Notes: generated by a model from the letters alone, not told the origin. Counted from the first letter of the stretch, positions 45,911-59,479 are shown. The stretch: DNA of 64,000 nt from Candidatus Pacearchaeota archaeon (GCA_040879785.1 JBBDJR010000004.1:14778-78777), one strand, 5' to 3'. Translations and numbers: made by a program.

Positions 45911-48900
45911 ATGAGTGGAGAGAATACACTTTTTAATGATACCACAATAAAAAGATTAGTCTCAGATACTAAACTGACATCTAAACAGAAAAAAGCTTCT
46001 CAAGAATGGCTTAAACTAATTGAAGAAGACAAATTAATAAAAGAGAAGCAAGGATACCTTAGGTTTTATGATATTATCCTAAAGGAGTTATTAGGGTATG
46101 ATAATATTAAACACGAAAAAGAAGGTGTTGAATTTTCTTATGAAAAAGAAGGAAAACCTATCTTAAGAATTGAGGCAAAGGGGATGGATACTCCAGATTT
46201 GTTTCTGCCCCAGAAGAGAGCAAGAGAAGAGTCTCCAGTTCAACAACTTTGGAGATATATGCAATTACATGCAAGTCCTTATGGGATAGTCACTAATTAT
46301 AAAATTTTTATTTTTTTCAAATACGACATTGGAAGCACAAAATATTATCTCTTTGATTTTGAAGAGATAAAAAAAGACTCGAACAAACTGCAAGAATTTG
46401 TAGCTATTTTTTCAAAAGAAAATATAGATAAGGGTTTTGTTGAAGATTTATACGAAGAATCAATAATTGAAGAAAGAGAGTTTACAAAAGAATTCTACAA
46501 GTTATATCATGAAACAAGATTAATGTTGATAAAGGAATTTGAAGAAAACCCAGATATTAGTAGGGAGGCTTCTGTTCACTTTGCACAACTTTTCCTTAAT
46601 AGGTTAATGTTCGTATTTTTTGCAGAAGATACCGGAAAGATAGATAAGAGGGTTATTGAGGACAGAATTTTGAAGACCTTGGATAACATTCATTTATTCT
46701 CATCAAATTCTTCAAATATTTCTAATGTGTTGGTAGGATTATTTAGGGATTTAGACAAAGGAAGTGATTTTCCAATTAAGGTTTTTGGATTTAATGGAGG
46801 ATTATTTCACCATCCAATTCCCCCAAAAATTTACTTCAAAGATTTTAGAGATAGTAAATTTTTCAAGGATGTTAATCAATATTCAAAATTAAAGAAAAAA
46901 GATTTAGAAATAAATGAGAAAGAAAAAGAGATTTTTGAGAAATATAAAAATAAGATTAGTCCAATAATAAAAAATGTTTTGTTGATGGCTTCATTTGATT
47001 TTAATACTGAAGTGGATGTTAATATTTTAGGGCATATTTTTGAGCAATCTATTTCAGATATTGAAGATTTGAAAATTGACAAAAGCTCAAGAAGAAAAAA
47101 AGAAGGAATTTATTATACGCCTTCATATATAACAGACTACATTTGTAGAAACACAATAATTCCTTATCTCTCGAATAAAGGGGAAACAGAAATTTCTGGC
47201 TTGATCAAGGAATATGCTGATAATATTTGGGATTTAGAAAAAAAGTTTAAAGAAATGAAAATCTTAGATCCTGCTTGTGGTTCTGGAGCATTTTTAATTA
47301 GAGCTACTGACATTATGCTTGAAGTATTTAAGGCAATTCAAGAATTTAAACAACAAGAAGGAGAGTATGGGGCAAAAAGAGGATTAAAAAGAAAGAGCAA
47401 TAACAAAGGACAATTAATCTTGGAAAAATGGAACGAAGAAGCAGAAGCAAGAGAGATTATAGAAAATAATATTTATGGCGTAGATATTAATGAAGAGTCT
47501 GTTGAGATAACAAAACTTTCGTTGTTCTTGAAAATGGCACGAAAGAATAGAAAACTCACGGATTTATCTAATAATATCAAAAAAGGAAATAGTTTGATAA
47601 ATGATTCTTCTGTTGCTGGAGATTTGGCTTTTGATTGGGATAAAGAGTTTAAAGATATAATGGACAATGGCGGATTTGATGTTGTTATTGGGAATCCTCC
47701 TTATGTCGAAGCAAGAAGTATAGAACAAAAATTTGTAGATTTCTTAAGGAAGAATTATAAAACCTCTGGCAATAGGATAAACATCTTCGCTTCTTTTATT
47801 GAAAAAGGTCTTAGCTTACTAAAGACAGAAGGATATTTTAGTTATATTATTCATAGAAACCTAATACGTTCAAACGACTACCATAAAACAAGAAGATATA
47901 TTTTAGATAATTCAAAAATAAAACAAATATTAAGTTTTTCACAAGGAGTTTTTGAGGGTGTAACGGGAGAGATGACCGTTGTAATATTAAAAAAAAGCAA
48001 CTATGAAAAAAAGGAAAATACATTGCTTGTTTATGAATATGGAAGTGAGATAAATCCAGATATTAAACCATGGAAGATAAAACAAGGAATCTTTGAAGAA
48101 ACTGCGGGGAATAGATTTAACATATATCTGACCGATAAAAAAATTAAAATCTTAGAAAAAATAAAACAAAAATGTTCTAAGTTAGGAGAATTGGCTGAAA
48201 CATACCAAGGCATTATTGTCGGAAATGAAAAAAAATATGTTTCAAAAAACAAAGAATCTGATAAATATAAACCAATTTTAAGAGGTAGAGATATTTCTCG
48301 TTATGGGTATCCAAGAGCAAAAGAATTTGTTTATTATGTTCCTGGAACAAAAGTGCTTACAAGAGGAAAAACACCCTCATTATTTGAAAAAAAGGAAAAA
48401 ATATTAACTCAACACGTTTCTGGAGATATTATAGCAACATTAGACGCAGAGCAAAAATATTTTCTACAAACAATAAATTCTACGACATCCATTAAAGAGG
48501 GTATTAAAAATAAGTATTTACTTACCTTATTAAATTCAAAAGTAATAAATTTTTATTATAGCAGTATATTTAATCTAGGAGCAGAGTTTACAACTGCCGT
48601 AGCAATAGAAAATCTAGATGAACTCCCTATAAAAACAATTTCTCTTTCAGAACAAAAACCCTTCATAGAAAAATCAGACTTAATGCTAAAACTAAATAAA
48701 GAATTCTACGAGAAAAAGAATAAATTTTTGAAGCTTATTAAACACGAATATAAAATTGAAAAGATTACTAAAAAATTAGATGAGTTTTATAAATTAGAAT
48801 TTGATGACTTTATCAAGCAATTAAAAATTAAGGTAAATATAGATAAAAAATCTGAAATTTTGGACTTTTTTGAAAAAAACAAAAAAGAGATATCCAAATT

Positions 48901-49006
48901 AAAAGAAGAAATTGATAAAACTGACAGGGAAATTGATGAAATGGTTTATGGGTTGTATGGATTGACTAAGGAAGAGATAGGGGTTGTTGAGGGGAGTTTG
49001 AACTAA
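45911..49006 (+). CDS. Type IIG restriction-modification enzyme (Eco57I-like)
   Basis: N-terminal IEAK nuclease, GIYYTP, LDPACGSGAF, NPPY, TaqI-like C-terminal TRD. Confidence 0.9.
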   Translation: MSGENTLFNDTTIKRLVSDTKLTSKQKKASQEWLKLIEEDKLIKEKQGYLRFYDIILKELLGYDNIKHEKEGVEFSYEKEGKPILRIEAKGMDTPDLFLPQKRAREESPVQQLWRYMQLHASPYGIVTNYKIFIFFKYDIGSTKYYLFDFEEIKKDSNKLQEFVAIFSKENIDKGFVEDLYEESIIEEREFTKEFYKLYHETRLMLIKEFEENPDISREASVHFAQLFLNRLMFVFFAEDTGKIDKRVIEDRILKTLDNIHLFSSNSSNISNVLVGLFRDLDKGSDFPIKVFGFNGGLFHHPIPPKIYFKDFRDSKFFKDVNQYSKLKKKDLEINEKEKEIFEKYKNKISPIIKNVLLMASFDFNTEVDVNILGHIFEQSISDIEDLKIDKSSRRKKEGIYYTPSYITDYICRNTIIPYLSNKGETEISGLIKEYADNIWDLEKKFKEMKILDPACGSGAFLIRATDIMLEVFKAIQEFKQQEGEYGAKRGLKRKSNNKGQLILEKWNEEAEAREIIENNIYGVDINEESVEITKLSLFLKMARKNRKLTDLSNNIKKGNSLINDSSVAGDLAFDWDKEFKDIMDNGGFDVVIGNPPYVEARSIEQKFVDFLRKNYKTSGNRINIFASFIEKGLSLLKTEGYFSYIIHRNLIRSNDYHKTRRYILDNSKIKQILSFSQGVFEGVTGEMTVVILKKSNYEKKENTLLVYEYGSEINPDIKPWKIKQGIFEETAGNRFNIYLTDKKIKILEKIKQKCSKLGELAETYQGIIVGNEKKYVSKNKESDKYKPILRGRDISRYGYPRAKEFVYYVPGTKVLTRGKTPSLFEKKEKILTQHVSGDIIATLDAEQKYFLQTINSTTSIKEGIKNKYLLTLLNSKVINFYYSSIFNLGAEFTTAVAIENLDELPIKTISLSEQKPFIEKSDLMLKLNKEFYEKKNKFLKLIKHEYKIEKITKKLDEFYKLEFDDFIKQLKIKVNIDKKSEILDFFEKNKKEISKLKEEIDKTDREIDEMVYGLYGLTKEEIGVVEGSLN

Positions 49007-49045
49007 AAATATATAAACTGAAAAATCAATTGAATAATAACTAAA

Positions 49046-49084
49046 AGAGAGGTGATCGGAGAAGAATCCGGGTGATCCCTCTCT
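49046..49084 (+). ncRNA. Candidate structured RNA hairpin upstream of DUF3800 gene
   Basis: AGAGAGG/CCTCTCT, GATC/GATC and GGA/TCC stems in an AT-rich spacer, downstream of a TATA box (~49010). Confidence 0.4.
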
Positions 49085-49110
49085 GATTACTTCTGAGATA
49101 GATAATAATT

Positions 49111-49920
49111 ATGAGTGAAGAACAAAAAGAACATACGCATGAAGTATACTCTGATGAATCTGGGCATAACCAAGGAAAATATGGAGCAATATCTGCTATA
49201 AGTCTTGAAAAAGAATTAGTTAAAAAGACAGAGGCAACATTGAAAGAAATATTTGAAGAGTCAAATGTAGAGGAATTAAAATGGAGTAAAATAAGAAGTG
49301 CAAAATACAGGTTGTGTGCAGAAAAAGTCATAGATTTTATTTTTTCAATTTTCGGAGAAGGGAATCTCAGAATAGATATAGCTATTTGGGATGTTAAGGA
49401 AAGAAAGTCTAAATATCTTCATAACAATACGGAATCTCTAAAGAGAATGAATCATCAACTTTTTAAGAACATTTTATCAAGATGGCCAAAAGAATCAAGA
49501 TTGAAATTCTTCCCAGATAGGCACGAAGAAATAAATTGGGAAAAAATGAAAGAAATTTTAGATTATGTAATCCCTGAAGGAAGAGAAATAAGTATAGAAG
49601 AGATTCCCTCAAAAGATTTCTTTTTAGGACAGGTAGCAGATCTTTTTTCTGGACTAGGATCTTTTTCTCACTCAAATAAAGATATAAGAAATTTTCATAG
49701 CGACCAAAAACAACTCCCCAATTCAAGTAAGGATCCAATATCTAATTCAAAAAATGAAAAAATAAGAGTTCTTTCTTACTTTAAAAGAAAAGCAAAAGAA
49801 AAGGGATATAATGTCGAACAGAATGGAATTTTACATACAAAAGATCCTAAAGACCCCCTTAATTTTTGGCCTTTCAAGTTTAAAGACTATGCAAATAAGA
49901 AATTATCTGAGTTTTTTTAG
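49111..49920 (+). CDS. DUF3800 family (RNase H-like) protein
   Basis: VYSDESG, ELKWSKI, QVADLFSG motifs. Confidence 0.78.
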   Translation: MSEEQKEHTHEVYSDESGHNQGKYGAISAISLEKELVKKTEATLKEIFEESNVEELKWSKIRSAKYRLCAEKVIDFIFSIFGEGNLRIDIAIWDVKERKSKYLHNNTESLKRMNHQLFKNILSRWPKESRLKFFPDRHEEINWEKMKEILDYVIPEGREISIEEIPSKDFFLGQVADLFSGLGSFSHSNKDIRNFHSDQKQLPNSSKDPISNSKNEKIRVLSYFKRKAKEKGYNVEQNGILHTKDPKDPLNFWPFKFKDYANKKLSEFF

Positions 49921-49941
49921 TAATTTCTATTAAATTCTAGT

Positions 49942-50790
49942 TCACTCTTTCTGCCTTTTTAGCTTATCTAGAGTTTTCCCATCCTTATTTTTCCATTCAA
50001 GCCATCCATTTGCAGGCCTCCCCAGTACTACCGCCGCAGCATTAGAAGGAGAACTCATTAATAAATCTTCATCAAAGATTAATTTATTATCTACCTCTTT
50101 CAGGATATCATTTCTTTTAAGTGCCTCTTTATATTCTTTTATTGCATAATTGAGTGAGGCAACATCATCTAACCTTGCTTTCGACCCTTCATAAACAACA
50201 AAACCCTCTTCAGTTAAATTTCCCTTCGCTTCCGCATCCTTACCTTTACAATAAAATATATCTTCTTCTCTTTCAGCCTTCTTAATTTTTTCAAATATTG
50301 GATAGCCTAATGTCCCTAAAATAAGTTTTATCTCATCAAAAAACTGCAATGAAAAATCTTTTTCTGAAGGGGATAAACTTGATCTTGTTGGTGAACAATT
50401 ATTCATTAGGTCTGTGCGTTTTGATTTTTCAGCTTCTTCATGACAGAATGACTCTAAAAATTTTACATGAGCTTTATTAAGATTGTCTTTCCCTGAAACA
50501 AAACAAACTGCATAATTCCAGTAATCCTTATTTGGACTATCATGCTGTTTTATTCTTTTCTTTATATCTTCGGCCTCACCAATATAGGTTTTAAATTGAG
50601 ATGATTCGTCTTTCTCACTAAATAAGAAATAAATTCCAACTTTCTCTAAATTTTCATAATCTTGTGCCTCTTTAATTAAATTCCTTGGAATCTGGATTGC
50701 TTTAATTATTGAATTAGGTATCTCACAGATTTTAACTCCTTTTGGGTTCCCGTCTGGGAGATAAATATTGATTGTTTTTCCTCTTACCAT
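49942..50790 (-). CDS. GIY-YIG nuclease with DUF4357 domain
   Basis: GIYFL...YIGEAE...RIKQH; SSPSNAAAVVLGRPANGWLEWK. Confidence 0.88.
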   Translation of the reverse strand: MVRGKTINIYLPDGNPKGVKICEIPNSIIKAIQIPRNLIKEAQDYENLEKVGIYFLFSEKDESSQFKTYIGEAEDIKKRIKQHDSPNKDYWNYAVCFVSGKDNLNKAHVKFLESFCHEEAEKSKRTDLMNNCSPTRSSLSPSEKDFSLQFFDEIKLILGTLGYPIFEKIKKAEREEDIFYCKGKDAEAKGNLTEEGFVVYEGSKARLDDVASLNYAIKEYKEALKRNDILKEVDNKLIFDEDLLMSSPSNAAAVVLGRPANGWLEWKNKDGKTLDKLKRQKE

Positions 50791-50796
50791 GGTATA

Positions 50797-52266
50797 TTAA
50801 CTAACTATCTCCTTTAATTTATTTACTATTAACATTTCAGCTAAAGTATCCAACTCACAATATTTCAACAAATCCCCTCTAATTTTCTCCCTCTCATCCT
50901 CAGAATAAACATCCTCATAAGCCATATTATAAAACTCAACCGAAGCTGTTCCACCATCTTTTATACTCCCATCAAGCTCTTTGTAACTCTTTCCGGTTAT
51001 TGCAGGAAGAACAGCTTTTAGTGAGGCAGAACCCTCTTGTTTAGGATTGTAATAACTAAATTCTCTGAAAGGGATAAGCAAATCAATAATTCTTTTCAGA
51101 ACCGATTCAACCCATTCTTTATGTTCTGGGAAATGTTCTGCAAGCTCTTTTAATCTTCCAATCTCAAAGCTTTGGTTATAAACAACAATGCTTCCTTTAT
51201 CTCCTAACACTTTTTTCAAAGCTAAAACAAAATCTTCTCTTGGATCTTTATTTCCGTTATACAAAAATTCATAATGTTTAGGTTCTGCACCTTCTTCCTC
51301 AACAACGTGCAAAGAAAACTGAAAACAAACCTGAGAATAAGGCTTCAAGCCATCAAACAGGGGAACAGATGTGGAAAAAGTTTCAAAATCAAGATAATAA
51401 AGAGGGTATTGTAATTTTTTCATAAAATTATTAATTCTTTTTTCATCAACAAAGATTTTTCCATTAATCTCACAATCTCTCTGGATTTTCTGTTTTCCAT
51501 TTAGTTTAATATCCTCGGGAATCTCTTTTATTGTTTCGATTCCATTCTCAAATAATTCACAACTTAATTTTCCTCCGCGATAAAGACAGAAAACATGATT
51601 TTCAGGCAGCTCAACACATCCTTCGGAAAAACAATCATGAAATCCATCTTTGAAAACCTTAACCAAAGAAAGACCTGCTTTTGGAGGCTCTTTCAAAGAA
51701 ACAAAATCAAATAATTCTTTAATCTGGTTGTCAATTCCTTTAATGGCTTTCTCAACTTCACCAGTTATATCTTCTTTTTCAAATAAATTATTAACATCAA
51801 TCTCTCCACTCTTTACAAATCCCTTATTCAGATGCAATAGAAAACACTTTCTTATCTTTAAGCCATTTCCTTCATAAACATACTTCTGAAAAGAAACATC
51901 ATGAACATTAATATCCTTGACTTTAGTGCTTGACTTAACCTCTATTATATCCCACTTATCCCCAACGGGAACTAGAATATCTGCTCTTGAAAAGCAGTTA
52001 TTAAACTCAAATCCAGCTTCAAATAAAGGCTTTTTCTTCTTTAGGGATTCTTTGCTTTCTTTGAGATTTTCCTTGTAATCTGTGGGCAAATCTATGCCTT
52101 CAGGAAAGAGCATTTTAGCTATTTGACCTGCTTTATCCCCCTCCTTAAACTTAAACTCCTCAGCCAGAGTAGCTTTCCTTATCTGCTCGGGCTGATTAAA
52201 CACAATCCAGAGATATCTCGGGCATTCCAGGCCAACCAGATAATTTGACTTTGTTAAGGCTTTCAT
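50797..52266 (-). CDS. DUF2779 protein (PD-(D/E)XK nuclease + RNase H-like exonuclease domain)
   Basis: LTKS..L.GLECPR, RADIL...IIEVKSST, LDFET, FQFSLH, YCELDT. Confidence 0.82.
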   Translation of the reverse strand: MKALTKSNYLVGLECPRYLWIVFNQPEQIRKATLAEEFKFKEGDKAGQIAKMLFPEGIDLPTDYKENLKESKESLKKKKPLFEAGFEFNNCFSRADILVPVGDKWDIIEVKSSTKVKDINVHDVSFQKYVYEGNGLKIRKCFLLHLNKGFVKSGEIDVNNLFEKEDITGEVEKAIKGIDNQIKELFDFVSLKEPPKAGLSLVKVFKDGFHDCFSEGCVELPENHVFCLYRGGKLSCELFENGIETIKEIPEDIKLNGKQKIQRDCEINGKIFVDEKRINNFMKKLQYPLYYLDFETFSTSVPLFDGLKPYSQVCFQFSLHVVEEEGAEPKHYEFLYNGNKDPREDFVLALKKVLGDKGSIVVYNQSFEIGRLKELAEHFPEHKEWVESVLKRIIDLLIPFREFSYYNPKQEGSASLKAVLPAITGKSYKELDGSIKDGGTASVEFYNMAYEDVYSEDEREKIRGDLLKYCELDTLAEMLIVNKLKEIVS

Positions 52267-52412
52267 TATAGGTTTAAGAGGAGAGAGATTATTTATAAAT
52301 CTTGCAGAATTTTACCCAAATTTTTTCTTCGCAAAAACTTCTGTTAATGCCGATGTTTGTGAGATGTGCGTTGGAGAAACTATTATAAATTAAAATTGAT
52401 TGATAACTATGT

Positions 52413-53078
52413 ATGATATATGAAATTAAATCAGATAAAGGAGTCCTTGTTGCAGAAATACACTTTCTTACTGACAGGAAAGAAATAAAAAATAGTAAAG
52501 TTACTCGTCTTATCAAAGAAGCTTTATTAAAGTGCTATAAGGAGATTCCTTTGAAAAATAAAAAAGTAGCTGTTTTTTATACGGATTACAAGTTTATCAA
52601 GGATAAAATGGGAGGAGTAGGAGGGAATGCTCTTCATGAAAATCTTATTTCTCTATACATTAATCCTTCAAATAAAAAATGGAAGGACCGTCTGGAATCT
52701 TTTATAGTACACGAATACTCTCATCTGACTGTTTTTGATAAAAGAAAATGGAAGACTATTGAAGATTCTTTAATAATTGAAGGAATTGCTGAGGTTTTTA
52801 GAGATGAGATTGTCGGCGGAAAACCATCTCCTTGGACGAGTGCATTGACAGAGAAGGAAGCTAAAGATTTGCTTAAGAAAATAAAGAATAAATTAAAGAC
52901 TCCTGTAGAGAAAATGCATAAAGAATTATTTTTTGGCTCAAAAGAATTCAAGATGTGGTCAGGTTATTCGCTTGGATACCAAATAGTAAAAAGTTTTAGG
53001 AAAAAATATCCTGAATTAAGTTGGAAGAAGATAATAAAAATGAAATCTTCCGAGATCTTGAAAAAATCAGAATTCTAA
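52413..53078 (+). CDS. DUF2268 putative Zn-dependent protease
   Basis: HEYSH, IIEGIAE, WSGYSLGYQIV. Confidence 0.82.
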   Translation: MIYEIKSDKGVLVAEIHFLTDRKEIKNSKVTRLIKEALLKCYKEIPLKNKKVAVFYTDYKFIKDKMGGVGGNALHENLISLYINPSNKKWKDRLESFIVHEYSHLTVFDKRKWKTIEDSLIIEGIAEVFRDEIVGGKPSPWTSALTEKEAKDLLKKIKNKLKTPVEKMHKELFFGSKEFKMWSGYSLGYQIVKSFRKKYPELSWKKIIKMKSSEILKKSEF

Positions 53079-53165
53079 AAAACAGCTCTCTTACTACCAT
53101 CAGTCCACAAGAAAAAACTCGATAAGTAGAGGAAACTCCCAGGAAAAATACTACATTGAGGCTTT

Positions 53166-53206
53166 AACTTGACCACGCCTGGGCGAGTTAATGAACTCGC
53201 TTGGGC
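53166..53206. repeat. GC-rich inverted repeat in the 23S trailer, overlapping the 24-bp repeat
   Basis: GCCTGGGCGAGTT-AATG-AACTCGCTTGGGC. Confidence 0.65.
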
Positions 53207-53214
53207 AAATCGGA

Positions 53215-56035
<2,821 letters not shown>

Positions 56036-56153
56036 TAGTATTCTTCTAAATTGAGACTTTCGTCTCATGTGGGATTTCCTCTACTTATTTCATTGAAAAT
56101 AATTTGTGAGTTATTTTCTCAAAATGATCCCGTAAAATCTACGGAACCACTGT

Positions 56154-56489
56154 TCAACTTTTGGTTGAATATGATTTGTGATTTTGTGATTGTTGATATT
56201 CTATAACTTCAATTTCCGCTCCCTGAAATTTATCTCTAATTTCTCTAGAGACTCTATCCTGAGCTTCTATCTCATAATTTTCTGAGTCATTTATCCTATA
56301 AGCAATGTTTTCTTTGCCTATTTTTGAACCAATTATCCTATAATGGGTTGGATTATCTTGAGCATTTATCTGAACCGTGAACATATAGACTCTTTCCCCA
56401 TTTACGATTACTTCCAGCCTTTTTCCTGAAGGCATTGTGCCATTTATCTTGGGAAAGTACACTTTTCCATTCCTTCCCATCCGGTTCAT
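56154..56489 (-). CDS. Hypothetical protein within the 16S-23S spacer
   Basis: 111-aa ORF with protein-like composition between tRNA-Ala and 23S. Confidence 0.5.
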   Translation of the reverse strand: MNRMGRNGKVYFPKINGTMPSGKRLEVIVNGERVYMFTVQINAQDNPTHYRIIGSKIGKENIAYRINDSENYEIEAQDRVSREIRDKFQGAEIEVIEYQQSQNHKSYSTKS

Positions 56490-56585
56490 TTTCTATTTCC
56501 ATTTTGTTTATTTGATTTGACATTTATTTTTACCTTCTTTATGTAACTAAATCATCTTGTTAAACGTCCAGAAAAATTGTTCGAA

Positions 56586-56702
56586 TGGACCTGCCGTGAA
56601 TCGAACACGGAGCTCCTCGGTTTTTGGCGACAACAAAAAGACTTCGCGAAGCAAGTTCACGTCGCGTGCAAACGAGGGATTTTGCCGTTAAACTACAGGC
56701 CC
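56586..56702 (-). tRNA. tRNA-Ala(TGC) with 46-nt intron (56621-56666) at position 37/38
   Basis: Acceptor GGGCCTG/CAGGTCC with G3:U70; anticodon stem CCTCG/CGAGG; canonical bulge-helix-bulge. Confidence 0.95.
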
Positions 56703-56792
56703 TTATTATTTTGTGCCCGCAGTTGTTTTTAAACTTTTTCTGAACTTAAGATGAGTATGTAGAAACAATCTCGCCGTATTCTATAAAATTTT

Positions 56793-58246
56793 TAGGAGGT
56801 GATCCATCTGCAGGTTCCCCTACAGATACCTTGTGACGACTTAACCTACCTCGCCATATCGTGGCTCTCCTTCGAAAAGTTTCACCATAACATAACTTGG
56901 TTGGTTTGACGGGCAGTGAGTGCAAGAGACAGTGACGTATTCACCGTTCGCTGATAACAAACGATTACTACGGATTCCAGCGTCATGAGGCTGAGTTACA
57001 AACCTCAATCTGAACTAAAGCGGACTTTAAGAGATTAGCTTCTCCTTTCAGAGTTGCATCTCGTTGTATCCACCATTGCCGCGCGCGTGTTGCCCAGGGG
57101 ATTCGGGCTGTACTCACCTAACGTAGCCCTCACTTTCATCCATGTTGCCATGGCAATCTCTAATATAGTACACGTAGTAAATATAGATGAGGGTTTTGCC
57201 TGTTACCTGATTTAACAGGTCACCTCACGGCACAGGCTGACGTCGGCCATGCAGCTCCTCTCAGCGTGTCAGGTAAGCCCTTCAGACTGACCTTCATTCT
57301 GCTGTCGCTCCTGGTGAGGTTCACGGTGTATAATCTAATTGAACCGCACGCGTCACCCGTTGTAGTGTCTCCCCGCCTATTCCTTTAAGTTTCGGTCTTG
57401 CGACTATACTTCCCAGGTAGCACACTCTTCGCCTTCGCTGCAGCACCGACACCTCTCGAGGAGGTACCGATGTTTAGTGTGCAGTGTTTACTGCTAGGAC
57501 TACACGGGTATCTAATCCGTTTTGCGCCCCTAGCCTTCATCCCTTACAGTCAGAACCGTTCTCGTAAGATGCCTTCGCTATTGTGAGTCCGCTCAAGATC
57601 AACACATTTTACCGCTACTTTGAACGTACTTCTTACGTCTCCCGGTCTCTAGTTAGACAGTATTTCCCGCTCGCCCCAGGCTTGAGACTTGGGATTTCAC
57701 AGGAAACTGATCTAACAAGCTACGGATGTTTTAGACCCAATAAATGTGGCTGCGACTTGGACCGCTAGTATTACCGCGGCGGCTGGCACTAGTCTTACCC
57801 AGTCCTTATTCGCCAAACTTTTTACATTTGGCAAAAGCTTCTCTATGAGAAGCACTCTGGCTCAAACTATCACGCTTTCGCGCATTGTAGATTATTCCTA
57901 ACTGCTGCACCCCGTAGGGCTGGGAATAGTGTCTCAGATTCCCTCTCAGGGCTCTTCCGCTAAGAACCCTTACGGATCTTTGGCTTGGTGGGCTATTACC
58001 CCGCCAACAACCTAATCCGCCGCAACCCCATCCTTAGGCTCGAGTTTAAAAGTGAATTCATTCCAGGGATTCACTCCTATCGTGTGTTAGCCTCAGTTTC
58101 CCGAGGTTATCCACGACCTAAGGGCAGGTTAGTTACGTGTTACTGAGCAGTTCGCCTTCACCTTAATTCCGAAGAACCAAAGCAAAAAACTAGCATGTCT
58201 AATTGCAAACCAGAGAGCCGCAGCCGCCAGCAGGATCAACTGGATT
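56793..58246 (-). rRNA. rrs: 16S rRNA (archaeal)
   Basis: 5' ATCCAGTTGATCCTGC, GTGCCAGCCGCCGCGGTAA, 3' GGATCACCTCCT anti-SD. Confidence 0.98.
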
Positions 58247-58471
58247 TGTTAAAAACTCCTACTATTGGCTATATGCTTTATTATTAGTATCGAAACTTAG
58301 AAATACAACTAAGTGACTGCTTCTACATACCTCATACCTTAATGCAATCGCTACTTCCTTCTCGGAAGATTTCTGAATATATGCACATTTTTAAGGCACT
58401 CATCTTAGTTACATAAAATTACGATTTTTTAGATTTATAAATGTTTCTGTAAGTTTCTTTATCGTCGGTGC

Positions 58472-58840
58472 TCAACCATCCAAGAATCTCTTTTTCAGTT
58501 CTTCAGGATCATTTGATTCGGCTATTGTTTCTAGGTCTTTTTCCAATCTTAAGAAAGTTTCACTACTCTCATCAAATCCTTCAGTAGTTATAATCGCAAA
58601 ATATTTCTCGAGCATTAAAGGAGTCCTATATCTTATTACTCCCTCACCTGGAACAGAATAAATTCTTTCTTTCACCTTGAAAGTTTCGTTAGATTTGTTC
58701 TTAAAAGAATCCTCGACGTACTCTTCAGAGATACATTCTCCAACATAATTAAGAATTCTTTCAACGGAATCGCGATAATATCCATCTTCAATTCTTATGT
58801 TATCTTTTCTTATCTCTTTTCTGAATCCTTCATTCTCCAT
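58472..58840 (-). CDS. Hypothetical protein
   Basis: 122-aa ORF with TATA upstream. Confidence 0.6.
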   Translation of the reverse strand: MENEGFRKEIRKDNIRIEDGYYRDSVERILNYVGECISEEYVEDSFKNKSNETFKVKERIYSVPGEGVIRYRTPLMLEKYFAIITTEGFDESSETFLRLEKDLETIAESNDPEELKKRFLDG

Positions 58841-58969
58841 ATTATTTTACAGAGACAAACTTTATAAGAATATTTGTTCTTTAGGATATATTGCCTTGAC
58901 TAAATCTTCAATCAAGCGAAAAATATATAAATAACCCTAATCTAGGTTATTATAACTATAATAAAGGTT

Positions 58970-59479
58970 ATGATGAGACTATTGCAATTTTTAAAAGAAA
59001 ACGAGAATACGAGAAAGATATTTGGAAAGCGAGAGCTGAAAATAATTGAAAAACAAGTTAACGGAATAAATCTGACCCAGTCCGAGAAAAATAGGCTTTC
59101 AAGAGATATAAGAAAAAAATTTCAGCTTATAAAAGAAGCTTCAAGGTTTTCCGACGAGTTTGATTTAAAAAAAGCAAGCTCGATAAAATTTCTGATTAAG
59201 GAAGCAAAAGAAATTATCCTAGAGCATCCCTTAAGAAATAAGATAAAAAGAATAATTTTATTTGGTTCTGTTGCAAAAAAAAATCTAACTCAAAGATCGG
59301 ATATAGACATTGCTGTAGATTTCTTAAAAATAACTAAAAAACAAGCATTCAATTTCAGAAAAAACATCCTGGGAAAGATTTCTGGCAGGGTTGATATACA
59401 GGTTTTTAATGTCCTCCCAATAAAAGTGAAAGAAGAAATTAAAAGTAACGGAAAAGTTATCTATAAGAAAAATGAATAG
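58970..59479 (+). CDS. MNT nucleotidyltransferase antitoxin with N-terminal extension
   Basis: LFGSVAKKNLTQRSDIDIAV. Confidence 0.9.
   Translation: MMRLLQFLKENENTRKIFGKRELKIIEKQVNGINLTQSEKNRLSRDIRKKFQLIKEASRFSDEFDLKKASSIKFLIKEAKEIILEHPLRNKIKRIILFGSVAKKNLTQRSDIDIAVDFLKITKKQAFNFRKNILGKISGRVDIQVFNVLPIKVKEEIKSNGKVIYKKNE

Noticed and set aside
50797..52266. Cas4 / CRISPR adaptation gene
   Set aside because: PD-(D/E)XK similarity only; architecture matches DUF2779 and there is no cas1/cas2 or array
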